Part shown: positions 1 to 6,920 of the stretch, piece after piece
Layout: the number at the start of each line of letters is the position of its first letter
Numbering within the stretch: position 1 is the first letter of the stretch
NCBI GenBank assembly: GCA_051294375.1
Contig: JBJCIZ010000985.1
Location: 1 to 6,920, forward strand
Length of the DNA: 6,920 nt
Origin: Paraspadella gotoi
Taxonomy: Eukaryota; Animalia; Chaetognatha
Direction of reading: 5' to 3'
Program-made: the position numbers and the translations under genes
Notes under the pieces: generated by a model
The model's input: the letters and a program-made list of their open reading frames with translations, nothing else
Told to the model about the DNA's origin: nothing
Database searches by the model: none

Positions 1-173
1 AAAACAACAAAGCGCGACATTTCCTCCACAAGTTTGGTTTCTTCTGACGACATTTGAAACCTATCCTTTAGAAGCAACATAAGCAAAGCATATATTGCCT
101 TGGCCATGAAACGGGCTTTATGGAGACTCGGCGGCTTTAGTAACTTCACTTCTTGTATCAGACCGGCAGAAAA
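1..173 (-). CDS. Second, uninterrupted copy of the HKARF exon (runs off the window)
   Basis: Acceptor CTTTAG at 175-174, then 57 open codons: FSAGLIQEVKLLKPPSLHKARFMAKAIYALLMLLLKDRFQMSSEETKLVEEMSRFVV. Confidence 0.9.
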
Positions 174-268
174 CTAAAGGTGATTAATTTTTAAAGATTT
201 ATAAATGTGAAATCCTTTCTTTCATTGTGTTATATATTGAGAAAGAGTTTGAAATTATTCTACGATTT
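1..268. repeat. Direct repeat of about 1196-1484
   Basis: Shared strings include ctccacaagtttggttt, catgaaacgggctttatg, tcttgtatcagaccggcaga, tgtgaaatcctttct and cattgtgttatatatt. Differences are mostly single-base insertions in the 1196-1484 copy. Confidence 0.95.
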
Positions 269-270
269 AT

Positions 271-305
271 TTCTCTTTCTCTCACTCTATCTTTCTCTCT
301 CACCC
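271..305. repeat. CT-rich low-complexity tract at the duplication junction
   Basis: ttctctttctctcactctatctttctctctcaccc begins where similarity to 1196-1484 ends. Confidence 0.7.
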
Positions 306-393
306 CATACCGATGAAAAATGCACAAACGTTTGTACAAAATATGTAAGAAATACAAATTTAATAAAACAAGAAAATAAAACTATTCACTTCT

Positions 394-501
394 TTAAAAC
401 AGTTCGCTCGACGAACAATTTCGGGATAGTCGTCTTGTCTCGGTCACTTGCTATGCTTACAAAACATGCTTCTCTGGGAACGGCGTAATAGGACCATATG
501 T
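394..501 (-). CDS. Probable last transposase exon
   Basis: Acceptor CTTATGTAG at 503-502; ends QVTETRRLSRNCSSSELF with TAA at 396-394, then T-rich UTR-like sequence. In-frame stops upstream require indel correction, so the stop position is tentative. Confidence 0.55.
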
Positions 502-572
502 CTACATAAGTAAGAAATGGTTTCAAGCAATTATCGTATTTTAAACTTAAAATAAAAGCATTTTTTTATTAC

Positions 573-985
573 CTCTGTTACTTTTTAGCGATACCGCAGC
601 ATCCTTTCAGCCGGGTTCGTTGTCAGCCCATCAATGATTGCCACATCACCTTAGAGCCTTCGTAATGCGTATTACCATCCCATGGGGGGTTGTCCTTCAG
701 CCAGTTGGATCTTTCACCCAATAAACTCAAACAACCACCATGTTTGAGACCAACGTAGTCCTCAATATTTTTGGCTGCATCGAGATTGAGTGGAAATGAA
801 TGGTTTGCCTGGAATATATTCCTCCCTTGGTGTTGAAAGAATATGTGCCGCGAATTCTGCTTTTTCATCATTTAGAAAGCTTGAGATTGAAAAAGTTGAG
901 AGACCCACTTGTCGAGGCTTGTAGGTATCCAGCTTTTGGCGCTTGAGAACTTGGCGGCGCTTCGTGGCGATTTCTTTATTGATAC
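573..985 (-). CDS. Transposase exon with the catalytic Glu region
   Basis: Acceptor TTTTTCTGTAG at 987-986. Reads SINKEIAT...RQVGLS...NDEKAEFAAHILSTPREEYIPGKP, SFPLNLDAAKNIEDYVG, NWLKDNPPWDGNTHYEGSK, and AAC GAA CCC (g) GCT GAA AGG ATG = NEP-AERM at about 600-621. Donor GAG|GTAATA at 572. Confidence 0.85.
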
Positions 986-1092
986 CTACAGAAAAACATT
1001 TTGGCTTGGAAAAATAGCGGGGTGAGAGAAATATTCAGGAGGAAAGGTATATTTAAAATATCACATTTCAATAATTAATTTTATAGATTTAC

Positions 1093-1390
1093 TTCTTCGA
1101 TATTTTTCCAGATCTTCGACAAGGGTCGAATGTGCAAGATGAGCAGATTCAATGAACGGAATGAGCGCTGAATGCCAAGGTTTGGGATACACGAAAAAGA
1201 CAACAGAAGCGCGACGATTTCGCTCCACAAGTTTGGTTTACTTCTGACGAGACGATTTGAAACCTATCGCTAGAAGCAACATGTTAAAGCAGAAAGCATA
1301 TATTGCCTTTGGACATGAAACGGGCTTTATGAGGACCTCGGCGGCGTTTAGTGAAACGTTCACTGTCTTGTATCAGACCGGCAGAGAAAA
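1093..1390 (-). CDS. Transposase exon with the HKARF motif (insertion-rich copy)
   Basis: Acceptor CTTTAG at 1392-1391. Reads HKARFMSK..., later VYPKPWHSALIPF...LVEDLEKYRR. Donor GTAAAT at 1092 joins in phase 1 to SINKEIAT. Confidence 0.85.
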
Positions 1391-1545
1391 CTAAAGTGAT
1401 GTTTTTAAAAGACTTTATAATGTGAAATCCTTTCTGTCATTGTGTTATATATTTGAGAAAGAGCTTTAAATTATCTACGGATATTTTGAACGAGAGTGAA
1501 TAATTTCAAACTCTTCTCTGAAATTTTAATAATAATTTCACTTAC

Positions 1546-1909
1546 CAAAACCAGTTTCCAAAGCATATAAATAGTTCGCCTCTTGGGGACGTAGAAACTT
1601 CCTGGGGACTTTTCGACTTCTTCCATGAAAGATCAAGTCTTCCTTCAAGCTTTGTCAGTGAAGTCGACCGATTGGTTTTAAAAATGTGTTGGGGCAAGTG
1701 AGTCCAACTGGTTCCGGAAAAAGTCCTTCCTCAATAGAATGTAAGCAGTCTTGGCAAGATAAGGGTGCGATAGGGTTGGTTCTTCATAATGGGTTGAATA
1801 TCTATCCATGCAGCCGAGCAGAATTATTCGAGAGTGTCTGATGTCTACAGGCAGAGCCAAAGAATCGTCGTTTTCCAACCCGAGTTGATTCGATTCGTAC
1901 ACAAGCTGC
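1546..1909 (-). CDS. Transposase exon with the CxxH motif
   Basis: Acceptor TTTTTGCAG at 1911-1910. Reads AACVRIE...ACRHQ, then IILLGCMDRY in another frame, and ends ...LVL before a consensus donor TTG|GTAAGT at 1545. Confidence 0.82.
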
Positions 1910-1988
1910 CTGCAAAAATACATTAAGTAGAAGTAAATATTTTATTGTACGTGAGCTCAAAGAGAAAAATAAAGCAAATAAATACAAC

Positions 1989-2097
1989 CTTGGTATAACC
2001 AGTGTTGATAGTTCGTGCAAACGACATTCCAATAAATTACTTTCTTGAATCGCCGCAGAACAGAAGCTTTCTTTGACATTCCTTGCGGATTCTTCAC
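1989..2097 (-). CDS. Transposase exon with the second catalytic-Asp region
   Basis: Acceptor ATCAG at 2099-2098; phase-1 join gives SSRG|EESARNVKES; after a shift reads IGMSFARTINTGYTK (family pattern M.FDTTASNTG). Donor AG|GTTGTA at 1988. Confidence 0.75.
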
Positions 2098-2159
2098 CTG
2101 ATAATTAGGTTTAAAAAATTTGATTGTTGTGATTACAAATGAATTTTATTTAAATCTAC

Positions 2160-2764
2160 CTCGACTACTATCAACCATATGCATTCCAAAGGACGAATTC
2201 TTTGTTCGTCTGCCAGTCTGGTGTAAAGCAAGATGTTCACATAAGGTATCTCCCTGTTGAATATCCATTTTAACTTTGCGCACACCATCAAAATGAATAA
2301 GCGCTTTTGACGGAAATCTTGAAAAGCAGAAGCTAATCTTGCATGCTTTCCGAGCATCTCTCAATCCTCCTTTGGACTGTACGCAGGATAAAGTACTGCA
2401 TTTCGATCGGCACCTCCATTGTCAATTTAATTGACCCAAGAGCTCTGTTATAGCTCTTGGGGTAACTTTGCTATCTGTCATGCCCATGCTGTTAAACACT
2501 TCCAATAAAACTTTCATTCCTAAAACGTCAACTAAACTGCGTCTTTTCGTCGTTTTGGGCAATCCACTCTTGTGTTTGAATCGGAGGAACTTGGACGGAC
2601 GATTCGGACCGGAAAATTCTTCTGAATCTGAATCCAGTTGGTATCCTCTTTAATTAATTTGGTTGCTCTCTTGTTCTCAACATAACGGGTTGGAGCTGCT
2701 TGTCATACCGCAAACACACAGGATTCTGGTTCAGACATACGGCACAAACAGCTTCGAACTGTTT
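2160..2764 (-). CDS. Transposase exon containing the first catalytic Asp (IHFDG)
   Basis: Acceptor TTTTCTAG at 2766-2765. Reads GYQLDSDSEEFSGPNRPSKFLRFKHKSGLPKTTKRRSLVDVLGMKVLLEVFNSMG..., then ALIHFDG...CEHLAL...FGMHMVDSSRG (ORF 2146..2364). Donor G|GTAGAT at 2159. Confidence 0.8.
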
Positions 2765-2849
2765 CTAGAAAAGTGAGTCAATAATATAATTTTTTTGTAA
2801 CATCGTTCAAAAACATACATTTGAAAATATATAAAAACTTCATACTAAC

Positions 2850-3139
2850 CATTTTCGACTCTTCCATTCCCGGGATCTATCTTTTAAACCTTTTACTTTC
2901 AGTGTCATTTCTTTCTTTGCTGAATGAGCGATGTTTCTTTTTCGGAATTTCGTGAGTGGGGGCTGACTGTCAGGAGTCGGACTTTGAAGAAAATCCGCTC
3001 GACTTAACCCTTTCAAGGGACGTCACAAGAAANNNNNNNNNNNNNNNNNNNNNNNNNTTTTTCCAGTACTTCCGTATTCCAAGCGTCCACCTTTGTCTGG
3101 AAACCAGGTAAGCTTTGTTTCGGGTAAGAATTAAGTCGC
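2850..3139 (-). CDS. Transposase exon spanning the 25-N gap
   Basis: Acceptor TTTTTAG at 3141-3140; open stretch RLNSYPKQSLPGFQTKVDAWNTEVLEK up to the gap; donor ATG|GTTAGT at 2849. Continuity across the gap is inferred. Confidence 0.6.
3033..3057. other. Assembly gap (25 N)
   Basis: Run of 25 n. Confidence 1.
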
Positions 3140-3241
3140 CTAAAAACATATATTTTAAATTAGCTTGATAACTAAATGGGGCTTTTGTTATTTTCAAAAT
3201 CAAGTATTTAAACTGAAATGCTCCGTTCGAGAATACTGGAA

Positions 3242-3242
<1 letters not shown>

Positions 3243-3293
<51 letters not shown>

Positions 3294-3343
3294 TAATAGT
3301 AATAAAAATAATGCAGAAAAATGGATATAATAATAATAATGGA

Positions 3344-3380
<37 letters not shown>

Positions 3381-3385
3381 GAAAT
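3243..3385. repeat. Interrupted (AAT)n microsatellite, intronic
   Basis: Perfect (TAA)16 at 3243-3290 and (AAT)12 at 3344-3379, with aatgga interruptions. Confidence 0.98.
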
Positions 3386-3426
3386 TTGAATTAGGAAATT
3401 AAATATGTTAATATAGAAATAAGATT

Positions 3427-3890
3427 ATTAGTTAAATATCATAATGTAGAAATGAGATCTTTAGCGACGTAAATAGATATGCTTAGTATTTTAATTCATC
3501 ATTATTAAACAGTCACTTGTTATATTTATAAACCAATATAACCAGGAGGGGACTGCTCTCTAGGTAACAAAAGAGCAAACAAAATTAGCTGCACCGTAAA
3601 TGTTTTTGAGAAAAAAAACTTGTTTTAGATATAAAAATATTATAATAAATTCGATATTAGGTAAACTATTCATAGTAGAAAATTGATTTTAAGTGACAAT
3701 AAATAGATACGCTTTTGTATTTTAATTCCAGCATTATTAAACGGCAATTGTTAATTTTTATAAATCAGGAGGGACTGCTCTTAGGAGAAATTGAGACAAA
3801 TAGTATTCATGAAACAAAAGCAACTAATTGAAGGCGTGATCCGTAATAATGTTTTTGGGAAAAAGCTGGATAGATAAAATAAACTTCTAA
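3427..3890. repeat. Diverged tandem duplication, two units of about 230 bp (about 3427-3656 and 3657-3890)
   Basis: Paired strings: taaatagata.gctt, gtatttt(t)aattc, cattattaaac, caggaggg(g)actgctct, aacaaaag, ccgtaa..tgtttttg.gaaaaa. Confidence 0.9.
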
Positions 3891-4149
3891 ATAAACAATA
3901 AACGCCCCTTTCTTATTTTAAACAAATATCATAATTTTTATATAATTCATTTTTGGCATTGTTGAAACTTTATATACACCCCTAGGATATTAATGTGAAG
4001 TAAATCGATTTTTAAGAACTTGCGCTGCTTACAATTTTTTTCCTTCTGACAATTAATACTTTTTTATTTTAATTGTATTAATTTTAGCTTTTAAAATTTT
4101 GTTGTAAACATTTCATTTCACTTTTTTTCAGAAACTTCTGCTTATTTAC

Positions 4150-4425
4150 CTCGTTCGAATTCACAGGCTCAGCACCTCCCTTTCCAATGTGACTGAGGAC
4201 TTTCGTGGCATCCATCGATGACCTGCTTCAGCTTCATACTTCGTTCTTTCCTCTGACAATCGATGAGCGCAGTTGACACGACGCTTTGCAGATTCTTCAT
4301 CGAAAGTTTATCAAAAAGATAAATAGTTGACCGAAAAAGTTTTAAAATATCCCTTCTTTGTTGTTATTTTTTAAAAATCAAGGGTAGATTTTGAGCAAGG
4401 TCGCCGAATTAATCCGAAAATCCAT
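4150..4425 (-). CDS. Transposase N-terminal exon (frameshifted)
   Basis: ATG at 4425-4423 (aaaATGg). Fragments read TK.DILKLF (needs a 1-nt correction) and DEESAKRRVNCAHRLSEERTKYEAEAGHRWMPRKSSVTLEREVLSL. Donor AG|GTAAAT at 4149. GC is higher than in the flanks. Confidence 0.6.
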
Positions 4426-5249
4426 TTTCAGAAAAAAATATGAAAAATTCACTTAAATAACTGTGTTATAGGCAACGAGCCCGAACTTACCTAGGTGCAC
4501 CATGATTCCATGGCGGCTGCTTATTTAACAAAAGAACAATCAATTAGAAGTTGCTTAAAATGAAAATTGTCTTGAAATTTTAAATCTTTATTTATCAATT
4601 TATTGAATTGGTGCTTCAAATTTATTTACATTCAATTAAAAGAAATTACAATTTACTAAATTCTTATGTTTATTATTACAGTGGAGAAAACCGGTTAGAA
4701 CATAGTCTTGTCTAATGTTTGTTTAAAACAATTGTGTCTACGACAATATCATGTATTTATTCTTGTTTTCTTCAATTAGTGGGTAAATCTCAATTGTGTT
4801 CTCAATATTACTTATTCGGTCAAGTATATGTTTGAAATGCGTGTTTAAGTATATAGTGATAGAAACTATCAACGCACATAGCTTGGAAATCGTACGTAAT
4901 GCCGTAGCTGACACGTATTTTTGTCTTATTATTATTTGATTTAGGACAAGAAGCTGAAATTTGCAATTATTAATGAAAAACTTTTAAAAACAAATGAAAG
5001 ACTTTATCGTTAGCAGTTTAATGATGCGTCTGGTTAAGATCATATATTTTTAAGATCAAAGCTGATAAAAATATTTTAAAAAACTCAAACAAAACAAAAG
5101 GTTTTTGGGGTTAGGATGGAAAAGGCTAACACAATGGCCAAAAAAGTCCTTTTTTCGATAAAATAAAATTCGTAATTGAAAAAACAAAAACAAAATTTTT
5201 TTCTCCTTATGTTAGAAAATAATATAAAATGACGAATATATAATACTGA

Positions 5250-6660
5250 AACTAATATAGGTTCATAATCATCATATTTTTTTGCAAATTTGATCATCAA
5301 AATAATTAAATAGAAATATTTAATATATTTTCATCCTTTCAAGCAGTCTGTAGCGGAGAAAAATCCACAAGGATGTGAGCGCAATCTCGATGCAAAGATA
5401 TCAATGTGAATTAGGGGATTTATTATTAAAAACGAAATTGGTCTTTAAATTAAAAGTAAATGGTTTCATCAAAAGACATTTTTACCTGCAAGCATTTCCG
5501 TCCACATTACCTTCTCAATTCAATTAATGTGGGAAGCCTCTACAGAGGCCTCGTGAAGAATGTTACTCTTAATATAATGAAATAACATTGAACCCAGGAG
5601 TGTTTTGGGCAACTAATAAAGCTATTTTTGAAATGTATACATTTATTATATTATTTTTCAGATTGATAGCATGTGGAGATTTAATTCAAAGGATGCTTTT
5701 TAAAAAGAGGCTCCTCCCCTTGGAAAAGAAAAGTTTGTTTGGATCTTCAATCAAGTATGAAATTACAAACTTTATCCGCTAGTCTTGCTTAACTTATTAA
5801 ATACTAAATTAAAATATTTAATACAAATTTGTGGTATATATTTAGTATATTAATAGGCTTTTAACAGTAAAAAATCCTCACAGATGTGACGCTACACTGA
5901 TATTTTCTACAAAAACTATATTTATTATTTAGAGCACTTATTTGTGAATAAAACTATGTGAAACACTCTTGTTGTACTCCTCAACTCAAAAAGATATAGA
6001 CTCAATATAATGGCTTCTTGCCTCCTCCAGCAGATTGCTGTTGATGGTTGTAAAAGCCATTGATGTAGTTTTGTCTTGAAATTTGACATGAATTAACCGC
6101 ATATATTCTCTAACTGATAACATAAGGTTGGTCATAAAATCAGTCTTTATATTTTTAGCGACACTGTGAATTATTGAATGTGAAAGGCTGTGGCCAAAAG
6201 TCCTGTCAAGCCTGGTAGCGCATAAGGTGATGTTCAATCAATTGAATGCGATTGTGAAAAACGCTATTTTTTTAGGTCCCAACCCGTGATTGTTGTAGAT
6301 GTTTTTTGCGCATCAAACAAAACACTTTTGGCTATATGCACTTCACCCTAATTGAGACACAGCTCATAATAAATCACAAAAAGCTAAAAGTTTTTTTGAT
6401 GATGTAGTTTTATTTTTAATTCTACATTAAAACGTACCGAAAAATAGCTGGAAAAGGTAACCGCGACAATTTATTTGAATGACGGAAAATATCACAGGGC
6501 CTCCTATCGAGCCAGATGAGGATTGTATGATGGACTAAAATCCATACCAACAGTTCTTAACACAAGCTAGAGCCATATGAGTGCATGAGGCTCAATAGTC
6601 ATTCACTCAATTACCCATGGCGATCCAAAGGTACTTCAGGGTTTTTAGCGCGGTAGCTTA
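5250..6660 (-). CDS. Possible spliced host gene fragment, tentatively gustatory-receptor-like membrane protein; frame not reconstructable
   Basis: Intron-like 6384-6437 (GTACGT...TTTTAG) and donor CAG|GTAAAA at 5485. Peptides LDRTFGHSLSHSII, NILHEAS, IDIFASRLRSHPCGFFSA (5405-5352) and YLIILMIKF (5312-5286) loosely resemble the Gr C-terminal F..QL...F(T/S)A and TYhhhhhQF motifs. Boundaries are approximate. Confidence 0.3.
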
Positions 6661-6661
6661 A

Positions 6662-6686
6662 NNNNNNNNNNNNNNNNNNNNNNNNN
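6662..6686. other. Assembly gap (25 N)
   Basis: Run of 25 n. Confidence 1.
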
Positions 6687-6920
6687 GGAGAATTGAGACA
6701 ATGTATTCTGAAACAAAAGAGCAACATAATTGAGCGTGATCCGTAATAATGTTTTTGGGGGAAAAAAGCTGGATAGATAAAAATAATACTTCAAATAACA
6801 ATAAACGCCCCTTTCTTATTTTAAACGAAATATCTAATTTTATATAATTCATTTTTGCTTGTTGAAACTTTATATACACCCCTGGATATTAATGTGAAGT
6901 AAATGATTTTTAAGAACTTG
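6687..6920. repeat. Direct repeat of 3784-4022 (runs off the window)
   Basis: Shared gcgtgatccgtaataatgtttttggg, aataaacgcccctttcttattttaaac, ttgttgaaactttatatacacccct and ggatattaatgtgaagtaaat. Differences are nearly all 1-2 nt indels, and the copy starts exactly at the gap edge. Confidence 0.97.

Larger units (their letters stand above)
394..4425 (-). mobile_element. Spliced hAT-superfamily (hATm-like) DDE transposase gene; frame disrupted by many small indels in this assembly; no TIRs/TSD identified
   Basis: Manual translation across GT-AG introns at 3140-4149, 2765-2849, 2098-2159, 1910-1988, 1391-1545, 986-1092 and 502-572 gives hAT-type motifs in canonical order: LIHFDG (first Asp), IGMSF..INTGY, AACVRIE..ACRHQ (CxxH), HKARFM.KAIY (RW-equivalent), NEP-AERML (Glu). 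Exons total about 2.45 kb. The hATm subgroup label is from memory of the HWDGK/FDTTASNTG/CRHH/HHARWM/VND.AER family and was not searched. Confidence 0.88.

Noticed and set aside
271-305. PacBio SMRTbell adapter remnant
   Set aside because: Only a generic CTCTCT resemblance, and the flanking duplication is direct rather than inverted.
207-488. 93-aa plus-strand ORF
   Set aside because: Non-ATG start; crosses the duplication junction and the CT tract; antisense to the last transposase exon.
1518-1545. 28-nt mini-intron GTAAGT...TTTCAG
   Set aside because: It would make AT-rich 1391-1517 coding. Splicing 1545 to 1391 instead gives the in-frame join LVL|FSAG, supported by the clean exon copy.
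623-2364. Minus-strand ORFs 623..871, 1678..1923, 1802..2032, 2133..2357 and 2146..2364 as separate small genes
   Set aside because: They are frameshift- and intron-bounded pieces of a single spliced transposase.
2468-2653. 61-aa plus-strand ORF
   Set aside because: Antisense shadow of a transposase exon with a non-ATG start.
3427-3890. CRISPR-like or other regularly spaced array
   Set aside because: Only two long diverged units, no short repeat-spacer periodicity, and a eukaryotic intron context.
394-4425. Calling the transposase a pseudogene, or invoking programmed frameshifting or RNA editing
   Set aside because: The clean duplicate at 1-173 and the insertion-biased differences point to read error; a real pseudogene cannot be established from this assembly.
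5588-5782. 64-aa plus-strand ORF
   Set aside because: Non-ATG start and no recognisable motif. A plus-strand TTTTTCAG acceptor near 5661 alone is insufficient support.
6344-6351. CACCCTAA as a hATm-type TIR end (also CACCCCTA at 3977-3984)
   Set aside because: No inverted partner or TSD in the window. One lies in a probable exon of the neighbouring gene and the other inside an intron.
6658-6879. 73-aa minus-strand ORF
   Set aside because: Lies in duplicated intronic sequence and runs through the N gap.

Overview
AT-rich eukaryotic (probably invertebrate) genomic DNA from an error-laden, gap-filled assembly, with two gaps of exactly 25 N at 3033-3057 and 6662-6686. I see no prokaryotic genes, RNA genes or CRISPR array. 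The main feature, missed by the ORF track, is a spliced minus-strand gene of about 750-800 codons (about 4425/4511 down to 394, with 7 well-supported GT-AG introns and possibly an 8th). It encodes a hAT-superfamily DDE transposase resembling the hATm group. The motifs occur in the expected order: IHFDG, GMSF..INTG, ACRH, PR.., HKARFMAKAIYAL, NEP-AER. The frame is broken by many 1-nt insertions. However, a second copy of one exon at 1-173 is fully open, so these breaks look like uncorrected long-read errors rather than real decay. The ~1 kb intron holds an (AAT)n microsatellite and a diverged ~230-bp tandem duplication. A second, weakly supported spliced minus-strand gene (about 5250-6660) has a C-terminus loosely like arthropod gustatory receptors. 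Positions 6687-6920 repeat 3784-4022, probably as an assembly artefact. Family assignments come from recalled motifs, not database searches.
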